Part shown: positions 18,259 through 27,563 of the stretch, piece by piece
How the letters are laid out: each line of letters opens with the position of its first letter
How positions within the stretch are numbered: the stretch's first letter is position 1
Assembly (NCBI GenBank): GCA_037141255.1
Contig: JBAXCX010000001.1
Span: forward strand, 67 to 64,066
DNA length: 64,000 nucleotides
Source of the DNA: Actinomycetes bacterium
Lineage (GTDB): Bacteria > Actinomycetota > Acidimicrobiia > Acidimicrobiales > Microtrichaceae
Direction: 5' to 3'
The notes under the pieces: generated by a model
Databases searched by the model: none
What the model saw: only the letters and a program-made list of their open reading frames with translations
Told to the model about the DNA's origin: nothing
Made by a program: the position numbers and the translations under genes

Positions 18259-19199
18259 GCCGCCCCCAGACTGACGATATAAAAGAAGGTGAAGCGGCGC
18301 GATCTGCTGTCAGTGAAGCTGGCAGACGAACCACCTCTCGGCGTGACCTTGCACGGCATCCGCAGTTTGAAAAGATCTCTCCGCAGGTTGGACAGCTTGA
18401 CTCCGGGGCGTTTGCGGAGTTGCTCGATCAAGAGCCGGATCAGGCGCTCGCGCTCCTTGCGGAGCTCAATGGGGCAACCGATGAGCAACTCCGAAGAACT
18501 GCCCAGCAACTCGCCGGACGGGTAGTCGTGGACCTTGCCCGCACGGGTACAACACCAACGAGCGGAGTGGGTCGCCTTGTTTCAACCACAGCAGCCAAGC
18601 AGGCGGGCGACCTTGATCTTGATGCCTCACTCGAACCAATTCTTCTCGGCCGAGCAACGAACCTGCCCGTTGCGGCCGAGGACCTTTCGGTTCAAGCTTG
18701 GCAGCGCTCAGACACTGCCATGTGTTTGCTTGTCGACCGATCCGGTTCGATGTTTGGTGAACGCTTGGCCGCAGCCGCTGTTGCTGCAGCAGCAGTGGTC
18801 TACCGCTCTGGGGCTGACTGCTCGGTCATTGCCTTCGCCGAGGATGCAATTGTCATTAAGGCGCAGCATGAGCAGCGTTCCGCAGAGCAGGTCGTGAGCG
18901 ATTTACTTCGGTTGCGAGGTTTCGGGGTCACCAATCTTGCGCTTGCACTGCGCGTAGCGGCTCATCAACTTGCCCGATCAACCGCCAAAAGACAGATCAC
19001 ACTTGTGTTGTCGGATTGTCGAGCCACGACCGGAGGCGACCCTGTTGCTGACGCCGCAGCGTTATCGGAAATGGTCATTCTGGCTCCAGTGGACGACACC
19101 AAAGATGCGCGCACGCTGGCGGATTATCTGGGAATCAAATGCGCGCCGCTCGCAGGACCCACCACGGTGCCAACGGCACTCGCTGCAGTGTTGCAGTAA
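18228..19199 (+). CDS. vWA-domain protein (MadC-like), probably the frameshifted C-terminal part of an AAA+-vWA fusion
   Basis: MIDAS DRSGS...T...LSD. The frame is open from 18201, but the first ATG/GTG/TTG is at 18420. The upstream in-frame text (RRTTSRRDLARHPQFEKISPQVGQLD) looks coding. Confidence 0.8.
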   Translation, partial: EKSLTPPPGGGRPQTDDIKEGEAARSAVSEAGRRTTSRRDLARHPQFEKISPQVGQLDSGAFAELLDQEPDQALALLAELNGATDEQLRRTAQQLAGRVVVDLARTGTTPTSGVGRLVSTTAAKQAGDLDLDASLEPILLGRATNLPVAAEDLSVQAWQRSDTAMCLLVDRSGSMFGERLAAAAVAAAAVVYRSGADCSVIAFAEDAIVIKAQHEQRSAEQVVSDLLRLRGFGVTNLALALRVAAHQLARSTAKRQITLVLSDCRATTGGDPVADAAALSEMVILAPVDDTKDARTLADYLGIKCAPLAGPTTVPTALAAVLQ

Positions 19200-19221
19200 C
19201 TGTTTACCCTGAGCTAAGAAG

Positions 19222-20832
19222 TTAGAGAGCCGGGAAGGCGTCGGCAGCTTCTCGCAAGTCCTTCTTCGAGATCTTGCCGAGTTCAGCAGTGGGGAACTCG
19301 TCCACGAAATAGACCGCTCTGGGTACCTTGAAATCGGCAAGATCCACCTTGCAGGCCTCGATGATCTGAGCCGCAATCGCTTCTTGATCGGCAGCAGGGT
19401 CGGCAAGGATCACGAAGGCAACCGGCACCATATCGAGCATCTCATGAGACTTGGCAACAACGGCAACGTCAGCCAAACCCGGCACCGTGCGAACCACATC
19501 TTCAACCTCTCGGGCAGAAACGTTTTCGCCACCCACTTTCAAAGCGTCTTTGTCACGGTCCGTGTACTGAATGTTGCCATCGGCAAGCAAGCGGACCATG
19601 TCTCCCGTGCGGCCCCAGCCATCCTCGGTAAAGAACTTCTCTGTTGCCTCGGCATTACCGAAGTACTCCCAGAACACCGAGACGCCGCGCACGCCGCGAA
19701 TCCAGAGCTCTCCAATCTCACCCTCTTTACAGAGTGACCCCGTGTCAGAATCCACAATCAAGAACTCGTAGCCAGGCGACACCTTGCCCATCGCAAGGTC
19801 AGGGTACGACTCAAAATCATTTGAATGAATGCAGTGGGTCACCAACTCGGTCATTCCGTAGGCGGCAATCACGCGCATGCCCATCATCTGATCAAGCACC
19901 GGCATGATCAAGCCAAAGACTCCTACCTTGACCGTGTGATTCTCGGGGATTCCCGTATCAAAAGCTGCCTTGATCACAAAGGGAATGAGCGAGATATGGG
20001 TAACCGAATGCTTTGCAATCACATCCCAGAATCGACTGGCCGAGAACTTGGGCTGTAAAACCACGGTTCCGCCCACACCCAACACCGTCCAGATAGCCCA
20101 ACTCTGAGTATTGACATGAAAGAAGGGCAACGAGGCGAGGTAGATGTCATCTGCACCCATGTCGATGTTGGTTGGGTTGACTTTGCCAGCCCACAACATG
20201 TTGGCGTGAGTATGCACAACGGCCTTTGGCTTCGAGGTTGTGCCCGAAGTAAAGAGCACTCCTGCTGGCAACATTGGGTCGGGTGTGCGTGTGGGTGCAT
20301 CGGCGGAATCGCCCTCGAGCACTGCAAATGATTCCCGCCCATGTGCGAGTTCTTCTTCAGTTGCAGCTAGGCCTGAGTTGTCTTCGGTGACCACAATCCA
20401 GCCCAGATCTGGGCCTGCCTCAGCTACAAGGGTTGCAAACTTTGGCTGCGTAATCGCACCAACGCACGAAGTCTGCTCAATGAAGTAGCTCACTTCGCTG
20501 CGCACACTGCGCGTATTGGTTGTCACTGCTATTGCGCCTACCCGGGCACACGCGTACCAAGCAATAACTCCTTCGGGGCAGTTCTCGGCATGGATCAATA
20601 CCATGTCGCCGATACCTACTCCCTTGGCGTGAAGCCCGGCCGCCACCTTCTTGGTGGCCTCTGCGAACTCTGCGTAGGTCCACGTGCGATCGCTGCCGTC
20701 TTTAGGCTCCCAGATCAAGAACGGGTGCTCGGCGCGATTCTCGCCCCAATGGTCGATCATCCAAGGTATGTCTTGACCACCAAACTGGTAGGCCGCCACT
20801 GCTGCTGGATTAAATGATTCGGGCTGCGTCAT
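19222..20832 (-). CDS. AMP-binding acyl-CoA ligase (CaiC-like)
   Basis: LFTSGTTSKPK, YGMTE, TGD, DRDKDALKVGGENV, FKVP, GKISK. Confidence 0.9.
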   Translation of the reverse strand: MTQPESFNPAAVAAYQFGGQDIPWMIDHWGENRAEHPFLIWEPKDGSDRTWTYAEFAEATKKVAAGLHAKGVGIGDMVLIHAENCPEGVIAWYACARVGAIAVTTNTRSVRSEVSYFIEQTSCVGAITQPKFATLVAEAGPDLGWIVVTEDNSGLAATEEELAHGRESFAVLEGDSADAPTRTPDPMLPAGVLFTSGTTSKPKAVVHTHANMLWAGKVNPTNIDMGADDIYLASLPFFHVNTQSWAIWTVLGVGGTVVLQPKFSASRFWDVIAKHSVTHISLIPFVIKAAFDTGIPENHTVKVGVFGLIMPVLDQMMGMRVIAAYGMTELVTHCIHSNDFESYPDLAMGKVSPGYEFLIVDSDTGSLCKEGEIGELWIRGVRGVSVFWEYFGNAEATEKFFTEDGWGRTGDMVRLLADGNIQYTDRDKDALKVGGENVSAREVEDVVRTVPGLADVAVVAKSHEMLDMVPVAFVILADPAADQEAIAAQIIEACKVDLADFKVPRAVYFVDEFPTAELGKISKKDLREAADAFPAL

Positions 20833-20836
20833 GTTG

Positions 20837-20851
20837 CTGACGATACGTCAG
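20837..20851. promoter_or_regulatory. Inverted repeat overlapping the -10 of the CoA ligase gene
   Basis: CTGACG-ata-CGTCAG; minus-strand TATCGT lies 7 nt before ATG 20832. Confidence 0.35.
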
Positions 20852-22182
20852 ATCTTGCTCTCGAGAGAAACTAGATACCCCGCATGAATGTGGTTGAGGA
20901 ATCGCTCCACTGCTTGTACTGCGTTGACGGTACGAAAACTCGAGAAGATCTCGAAGGCGTGCTGCGCACCATGAAGTTCCGCATACACAACTGGGTTCCG
21001 AGAGGTGTTACTCAGGGCTGCAACAAAGTCGCGGGCGCCCTCCACCGGAACCAGAACATCCTTATCGCCGTGAATCACCATCATGGGAGGGGCCTCATCA
21101 GTAATGCGATCAATGGGCGAGTACGCAGCCCAGGCATCGGGCTGATCATTGATGGTGACCCCCATAACTGTCTTGGTGAGCAGGTCGGTAAATTGCTTGC
21201 CGTTATAGCCCTGTCGATCCGTCAGGTCGTACACGCCATAGAACGGCACGGCAGCTTGGACCGAGGTATCAGCATCTTCGAAACCAGGCTGCAAGGCAGG
21301 ATCCTGCTGAGTCAGGGCAACAAGCGCGCACAGATGACCTCCGGCTGAGCCACCGGTGACCACAATAAAGTTGGGGTCAACGTTGTACTCCTCGGCATGC
21401 TCGCGAATCCATACCAGCGCTCGTTTGCAGTCCACCAAGTGTCCCGGGTATTTCACCTTGGGGCTCAACTGATAGTCGGCGTTGAACCCCACCCATCCGC
21501 AGGCCGCAAGATGGTTGAGTAGGGGAATCCCTTGCTCGTCTTTCGAGCCAAGCACCCAGGCTCCCCCATGAATCTGCAGCACAGCAGGCCGCTTCTGTTC
21601 GGGCACTGGGTCATCAAGTGGCGTATACACATCTAGCTTCAGCTTGACCGACTTGCCCGTGCTCGTGGTGTGCTCGCTAAAGACAATGTTGCGTTTGATC
21701 CGCCGACGATTCGACCCATTCAATATCGGCAGCAAGGCTCCCAGACGCACCGATTGCGGGGCAGCGAGCAGTTCCGCTTCAGGCAAGAGGGTGCTGAGTG
21801 CAGCATCTAATTCCTCTGCCGATTGCTGGCCTTGGCGGATCAAACCAATTGCACCGACACTCGCAGCGACGGTGAGTCCAAGCCCAACCCATCCGCTTGG
21901 CCGAAGCAATGACTCAGATGCAGCATCGACTCCTGAGGATCGATCGGCCCGATCCCGCATCGCACCGACGAGTTGCTTCGCAGTTCTTGTCGCAGTCATT
22001 GCCAAGAAGATTGGGGCCGCCTCGCTCACTAACCAAGCAGCAAAAAAGGATGGGACGGTAAGCGTGGGACTGTGTTTCTTGGGTCGATACGCGTTGACTA
22101 CGAGTGCTGAACGAAGCAGTCCTTGTCGAAACAACGCACGACTACGACGGACTTGGTGATGCTCGCTCAGAACTCGTGGCAT
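20848..22182 (-). CDS. Alpha/beta hydrolase (HSL-family esterase, LipM/LipO-like) with N-terminal membrane segment
   Basis: IHGGAW, GGSAGGHL, HGDKD, GAQHAFE. Confidence 0.88.
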   Translation of the reverse strand: MPRVLSEHHQVRRSRALFRQGLLRSALVVNAYRPKKHSPTLTVPSFFAAWLVSEAAPIFLAMTATRTAKQLVGAMRDRADRSSGVDAASESLLRPSGWVGLGLTVAASVGAIGLIRQGQQSAEELDAALSTLLPEAELLAAPQSVRLGALLPILNGSNRRRIKRNIVFSEHTTSTGKSVKLKLDVYTPLDDPVPEQKRPAVLQIHGGAWVLGSKDEQGIPLLNHLAACGWVGFNADYQLSPKVKYPGHLVDCKRALVWIREHAEEYNVDPNFIVVTGGSAGGHLCALVALTQQDPALQPGFEDADTSVQAAVPFYGVYDLTDRQGYNGKQFTDLLTKTVMGVTINDQPDAWAAYSPIDRITDEAPPMMVIHGDKDVLVPVEGARDFVAALSNTSRNPVVYAELHGAQHAFEIFSSFRTVNAVQAVERFLNHIHAGYLVSLESKI

Positions 22183-22309
22183 AGCACTTCAGTCTTGTAC
22201 CGGAACGTACTTGCCACAAGCTGAAGTCAATTTCACGATGCATGGCAGTTCAATTCAGGGAAGAATAGGGAGATCAGGGAGGCCACGGCCCTAGACGAAA
22301 GGTAACAAT

Positions 22310-23836
22310 ATGGAGCGATTGTCTGGCATGGATGCCACCTTCCTCTACCTCGAGACTCCTGCAGGCCATATGCACGTTGCCATGGTCGGCATCTACGACA
22401 TCTCGACCATGGTGGGTGGGTACTCCTTCGAGAAGTTCCGAACCCACATCGAGTCACGACTTCAATCGGTGCCACCATTTCGGCGTCGCCTTGTAGAAGT
22501 CCCATTCCAGTTCCATCACCCCGTCTGGATTGAAGACCCTGATTTTGATCTCGACAATCACGTGCGCAGAATCACTGCACCCGAACCTGGAGGACGCCGC
22601 GAACTTGGACAGGTGGCTTCCGAAATTGCTTCCGTGCCTCTTGATAGATCCCGTCCGCTCTGGGAAGCCTGGGTGATCGAAGGACTCAAGCAGGACCGGG
22701 TTGGTTTCGTCGTCAAAGTGCACCACGCTGCAATTGACGGTGCATCGGGAGCGGAAATCATGACGGCGCTGTATGACATTTCCCCCGAGGCTGAACCCAT
22801 CGAAGCCGTAGATACGCCACCTGATCGCGTACCGAATGAGTTTGAGTTGCTGTCCTACGCAACGTTTTCAAAGCTTCGGCGAGCCCGAGCTGTGTTGCCA
22901 TTGATTAGCCGCACGATCCGGTCCGTCACTCACCTCGTCAGCAACATCATCGACCCTGCAATGAAGCACGGCGGGGTTCCGCTCTCGGCCCCTCGCACTC
23001 CCTTTAACCAATCCATTGGCCCCCGTCGCTCGGTAGCATTTGCGCGAATCTCGCTACCAGAAACCAAAGCCGTCAAAACAGCACTGAACGTCAAGATCAA
23101 CGACGTGGTACTCGAGGTTTGCTCGGGGACACTGCGTCGCTATCTGCTTGAACACGATGCGCTTCCCGATGAACCGTTGCTTGCGGTCTGCCCTGTCTCA
23201 GTGCGAGTAGAAGAGGAGATGGGCACCCAAGGGAACATGGTCTCTGCCATTTTTGCCTCACTAGCCACAAACGTGGACTCCGCCGAGGAACGACTCGAAA
23301 TCATTCGTCAAAGCACCGAGGGGGCTAAGGAAGACCACAACGCCATCGGCGCTCGCACCTTGACTGATTGGGCCGAATGGGCGGCGCCGCGCACGTTCGG
23401 TTTGGCTGCGCGGTTCTATAGCTCGATGAATCTGGCGAATCAGCACCGCCCGATTCACAATCTGGTCATCTCGAATGTTCCTGGGCCTCCCTTCCCGCTC
23501 TATCTGGCTGGCGCGGAACTTGTAGCTGCGTACCCCATGGGTCCGATCATGGATGGGGCCGGACTCAACATCACGGTGCTGTCCTACCGAGATCACATCG
23601 ATATTGGGTTCTTGGCTGATGCAGACCTTGTCCCCGATATCTGGGAAGTAGCAGCACAAGTCGAACCAGCCTTCGAAGAACTCAAGCAGGTAGCTGGACT
23701 GAGCGACCCAACCATCACGAAGTCCGCAGCTCCGGTTACCCAAACCTCGCAGGCGCCATCCGTGGACCTTCGTAATGGCTCTACCGCTGATGCCACCGCC
23801 TCGGCACAAGCTACGCCGAAGAAATCTGCGACATAG
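22310..23836 (+). CDS. Wax ester synthase/diacylglycerol acyltransferase (WS/DGAT)
   Basis: RLSGMDATFLYLET, PLDRSRPLWE, catalytic HHAAIDG, ISNVPGP. Confidence 0.93.
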   Translation: MERLSGMDATFLYLETPAGHMHVAMVGIYDISTMVGGYSFEKFRTHIESRLQSVPPFRRRLVEVPFQFHHPVWIEDPDFDLDNHVRRITAPEPGGRRELGQVASEIASVPLDRSRPLWEAWVIEGLKQDRVGFVVKVHHAAIDGASGAEIMTALYDISPEAEPIEAVDTPPDRVPNEFELLSYATFSKLRRARAVLPLISRTIRSVTHLVSNIIDPAMKHGGVPLSAPRTPFNQSIGPRRSVAFARISLPETKAVKTALNVKINDVVLEVCSGTLRRYLLEHDALPDEPLLAVCPVSVRVEEEMGTQGNMVSAIFASLATNVDSAEERLEIIRQSTEGAKEDHNAIGARTLTDWAEWAAPRTFGLAARFYSSMNLANQHRPIHNLVISNVPGPPFPLYLAGAELVAAYPMGPIMDGAGLNITVLSYRDHIDIGFLADADLVPDIWEVAAQVEPAFEELKQVAGLSDPTITKSAAPVTQTSQAPSVDLRNGSTADATASAQATPKKSAT

Positions 23837-23884
23837 AAACTGGCTGCCGAACTCAAGAACAAGTAGTCGGGCTGCAACCAACTC

Positions 23885-23898
23885 TGCAACATGTTCTA
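23885..23898. promoter_or_regulatory. KstR-type operator upstream of the fadD19-like gene
   Basis: TGCAACATGTTCTA, a perfect TnnAACnnGTTnnA match; overlaps a TAGTTT -10 that is 6 nt before the GTG start. Confidence 0.8.
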
Positions 23899-23908
23899 GT
23901 TTTATTGG

Positions 23909-25537
23909 GTGCCTTATAACATTGCAGACCTGTTCGAACACACGGTTGACGTTCTTCCAGACCGGATTGCCCTAGTCGACGGCGAGAGCCGCCTGACGTA
24001 TCAGCAACTTGACGACCGAGCCAACGCTTTGGGACACCACCTTGCGAGCTGTGGCGTACGCAAAGACGACCATGTCGGTATCTACGCGCAGAACTCACAT
24101 GAATGGCTAGAAGCCATGCTGGGTTGTCTCAAGATTCGGGCAGTTCCCATCAACGTCAACTACCGATACGTCGAAGACGAACTCTCCTACCTGATTGGCA
24201 ACGCTGAGCTCGTGGCCTGCATCTTCGATCAGGAATACGCCGATCGGCTCAGTGCGGTTGCCGGCCGCTCCCCCAAGCTCCAAACCTTTGTGCACATTGA
24301 AGACGAGTCCGGTGCCGAGGTTGCGGGATTGGGCTCGGTTTCTTTCTCCGACGCAATTGCAATGAGCTCTCTGGAGCGCGACTTCCCGGAGCGTTCCGGC
24401 GACGACATTTACGTCATCTATACGGGCGGCACCACAGGCATGCCAAAGGGTGTGATGTGGCGTAGCGAAGATATTTTCTTTGCGCTCGGCCAAGGAATCG
24501 ATGCCCTCACCGGCGAGCGCGTCAGCAGCGAATACGAACGGGCCGAGCAAGCTGCGCTCAGTGAAACTCCGCTGATTTTCTGCATCATTCCTCCGCTGAT
24601 GCATGGGGCGGCGCAGATCGCCACCCTGAGTCAATGGTTCTTGGGCAGCACGCTCGTTGTTGTTCGCAAGTTCGACCCCGAAGAAATCTGGACTTTGTTC
24701 GCCGATGAGGGTGTCAACTCGGTACTCATTACCGGAGATGCCATGGCTCGGCCGCTCGTTGATGCACTTGATGCGGAGCCAGAACGCTGGGACCTCTCGC
24801 AGCTCATCTCCGTGTCATCAAGCGCCGCCCTGTTCTCGCAGTCGGTCAAAGACCGCTACCTAGATCAGTTCCCAAACCTGATCATCACCGACTCGATTGG
24901 TTCAACAGAATCGGGTTTCAATGGTCTGACCTATGCGAGCAAAGGCGCAAAGGCCACTGCTGGGGGTCCAACCGTTGCAGCGGGACGCGATGTGGTCATT
25001 CTCGATGAGGAACTGAAGATTATTCCCGATGGGGATCACCGGATCGGCAAGTTGGGCCGTGGGGGCAACATCCCGCTGGGCTATTACAACGACCCCGTGA
25101 AAACCGCCGAGACGTTTGTGGTTGCCGCCGACGGCAAGCGCTATGCAGTATCGGGCGACTCAGCGCAGTGGGCTGGGCCAGGTCAGATGACCATGCTCGG
25201 CAGAGGCTCTGTCTCGATCAATTCTGGTGGAGAAAAGATTTTCCCCGAGGAGGTCGAACAAGCCCTCAAGGCACACCCAGCAGTGTTTGATTGCACAGTC
25301 ATCGGCGTGAGCGACGAGCGTTGGGGGCAAAAAGTTGCCGCCGTGGTTCAGTTCCGCCAAGGGCAAACTGCCACTCTTGTGGACTTGGTTGACCACACGC
25401 GTACTCATATTGCCGGATACAAGGTGCCTCGCGAACTTCATGTGGTCGATGTCATTTTGCGTTCCCCATCTGGCAAACCCGATTACCGATGGGCGAAGGA
25501 ACTTGCAGAGTCGGGCAGAGCGAAAACCGAGGGCTAA
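23909..25537 (+). CDS. fadD19: Acyl-CoA synthetase, FadD19-like (steroid side-chain CoA ligase family)
   Basis: YNIADLFEH, INVNYRYVEDEL, YTGGTTGMPKGVMW, LGRGSVSINSGGEK, RSPSGKPDYRWA; KstR box. Confidence 0.75.
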   Translation: MPYNIADLFEHTVDVLPDRIALVDGESRLTYQQLDDRANALGHHLASCGVRKDDHVGIYAQNSHEWLEAMLGCLKIRAVPINVNYRYVEDELSYLIGNAELVACIFDQEYADRLSAVAGRSPKLQTFVHIEDESGAEVAGLGSVSFSDAIAMSSLERDFPERSGDDIYVIYTGGTTGMPKGVMWRSEDIFFALGQGIDALTGERVSSEYERAEQAALSETPLIFCIIPPLMHGAAQIATLSQWFLGSTLVVVRKFDPEEIWTLFADEGVNSVLITGDAMARPLVDALDAEPERWDLSQLISVSSSAALFSQSVKDRYLDQFPNLIITDSIGSTESGFNGLTYASKGAKATAGGPTVAAGRDVVILDEELKIIPDGDHRIGKLGRGGNIPLGYYNDPVKTAETFVVAADGKRYAVSGDSAQWAGPGQMTMLGRGSVSINSGGEKIFPEEVEQALKAHPAVFDCTVIGVSDERWGQKVAAVVQFRQGQTATLVDLVDHTRTHIAGYKVPRELHVVDVILRSPSGKPDYRWAKELAESGRAKTEG

Positions 25538-25552
25538 ACATCTCAGGGGGCA

Positions 25553-27538
25553 TCACTCCAGGACGGATTCAAGTTCGCTCTGAGCTTGCTCCCACTCTTG
25601 GAGTAGAAGGTCTGCAGTTGCCTTGGCAACGTCGAGGTCCTCGGCAAGTTGCCGAACCCGTGCGTGATCATCGTATATTTCTGGGTCTGCGAGCTGAGCC
25701 GAGAGTTGCGAGGCTTCGGTCTCTGCTGCCTGTATTGCTCGCTCAAGCTTTTGCACGTGCTGCTTTAGAGCTTTGGATGCTTTCTGCTTAGCTTGGCGCT
25801 CCTCGGCAGTCAGACGACGCGTCTCGAGTTTGTTCGTTCGTTTGCCGACCGTCTGGGTAGGCGAACCCGAGCCGCCCCGCAAGGGTGTACCTGCCGTTGC
25901 GGACCCTGCAGCGGCGGTCACTCCAGAGGGTGCAAGGACAGCCTCATCTACCTCGGGGTGAAAGATCACTCTGCCCTCGCGCACCTCGAGCAGCGAGTCA
26001 GCCACCGATCGAATCAGATAACGATCATGTGTCACGAGCAGCACCGTTCCCGGATAGGCAACGAGTGCATCTTCAAGCACGTCGCAACTCGGCAGATCAA
26101 GATGATTGGTGGGCTCATCTAATACCAGCAGGTTGACGGGATTCACCATGATTCGCGCAAGTGCCAATCGAGTGCGCTCGCCGCCAGACAGGTCTGCAAT
26201 TCGGCGATCCACTGATTCGCCGCGGAATCCAAAACTGCCCAAAACTGAGCGCAGGTTGCGACCATGCTCATCTCCGACTGCTGCTCGAAACTCCTCAAGA
26301 ACAGTTGCCTCGAATCGCAAAGAATCCACCTGATGCTGAGCGAACTCCGCAATATCGACGTTGTTACCGATTTCTACTTCGCCCGACATTGCTGGGATCT
26401 GGCCGAGCAGCAGTCTCAATAAGGTTGTCTTGCCCGCACCGTTTGGCCCAATGAGTGCCAGCTTCTGCCCACGCTCAACAATCAGATCAATATGTTTCAG
26501 AACAGCTTGACCGTCAAAGCCCACGCTTGCGTCACGGGTTTCAACCACCACTCGGGCCGATCGCTGTGGCGGTGGAAAACCAAATCGAGCCACCAAATCT
26601 TTGCGCTCTGGGGGTTGCAGCCGTTCGAGTTTCTCGAGTGCCTTCACTCTGCTTTGCACTTGCCGCGCTTTGGTTGCTTTGTAGCGGAATCGCTCGATGA
26701 ACCGTTCCGTAGACGCAAGTTGTTTTTGTTGCGCCGCTGCCGCGGCCTCTGCAGCGGCGAGGCGCTCCTCGCGCTGCACGATGAACTCCGCAAACCCGCC
26801 GACGTACTCAACGGCCCGGCCGTGTGAGACCTCGACCACGCGCTCGGCTACGGCGTCAAGAAAATCACGGTCGTGTGAAACAAACAGAATCGCTCCAGAC
26901 CAAGAGGCTAGATGTTGCTCAAGCCACGAGACGGACTCAACGTCGAGGTGATTGGTGGGCTCATCAAGTACTAACAAGTCAGGCGCGGAGAGCATCAGGC
27001 GAGCCAACGCCACACGCATCCGCCACCCACCCGAAAGGTCCTGAACGGGCCGGTCGGCGTCGGAACTCGAGAATCCCAATCCGGCAAGCACCTGCCGAGC
27101 TTCGGCTTCTACCCCGTAGCCGCCCAGCGTTTCAAAGTGGTGTTGAGCTGTGCCGTAGGCATCGAGTGCAGCGGATTGTGCCTCGGGGTCGGGGTGTGCT
27201 CCAGCCGGCCCCGTCTCTGCCACCTCATCGGCAAGGCGAAGGAGTTGCTTTTGAAGATCCGTCACATGAGCGGCGCCGCGAAGCACTTCCTCGATGACCG
27301 ACCCATGCACTTGTTCGGTCAGTTCCTGAGGCAAATAGCCGATACGGGTGTCTTTACCCACATGGACTTCTCCAGAGTCGGCACGTTGTTCGCCAACGAT
27401 GATTTCCAGCAGGGTCGTTTTTCCAACACCGTTGCCGCCAACAAGTGCAACGCGCCGGCCGGGCATGAGCTTAAAGGTGACCCCCTCGAACAGAGTCCGG
27501 CCACCGAAAGATTTTGTCAGGCCAGAAACAGTGATCAT
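25553..27538 (-). CDS. ABC-F family ATPase
   Basis: Two NBDs ([22 protein letters not shown] and [13 protein letters not shown]), linker [13 protein letters not shown]-terminal coiled coil, no TM segments. Confidence 0.92.
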   Translation of the reverse strand: MITVSGLTKSFGGRTLFEGVTFKLMPGRRVALVGGNGVGKTTLLEIIVGEQRADSGEVHVGKDTRIGYLPQELTEQVHGSVIEEVLRGAAHVTDLQKQLLRLADEVAETGPAGAHPDPEAQSAALDAYGTAQHHFETLGGYGVEAEARQVLAGLGFSSSDADRPVQDLSGGWRMRVALARLMLSAPDLLVLDEPTNHLDVESVSWLEQHLASWSGAILFVSHDRDFLDAVAERVVEVSHGRAVEYVGGFAEFIVQREERLAAAEAAAAAQQKQLASTERFIERFRYKATKARQVQSRVKALEKLERLQPPERKDLVARFGFPPPQRSARVVVETRDASVGFDGQAVLKHIDLIVERGQKLALIGPNGAGKTTLLRLLLGQIPAMSGEVEIGNNVDIAEFAQHQVDSLRFEATVLEEFRAAVGDEHGRNLRSVLGSFGFRGESVDRRIADLSGGERTRLALARIMVNPVNLLVLDEPTNHLDLPSCDVLEDALVAYPGTVLLVTHDRYLIRSVADSLLEVREGRVIFHPEVDEAVLAPSGVTAAAGSATAGTPLRGGSGSPTQTVGKRTNKLETRRLTAEERQAKQKASKALKQHVQKLERAIQAAETEASQLSAQLADPEIYDDHARVRQLAEDLDVAKATADLLLQEWEQAQSELESVLE

Positions 27539-27563
27539 CGAACCGGCAGGTTACCGCTACTGC

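Noticed and set aside
18241-18268. GC hairpin after the AAA+ stop read as an intrinsic terminator
   Set aside because: There is no U-tract, and it lies inside the open vWA frame 6 nt after a slippery run; a frameshift stimulator fits better.
18420-19199. TTG 18420 as the true vWA start
   Set aside because: It would discard ~60 protein-like in-frame codons and has no well-spaced RBS. It is not fully excluded.
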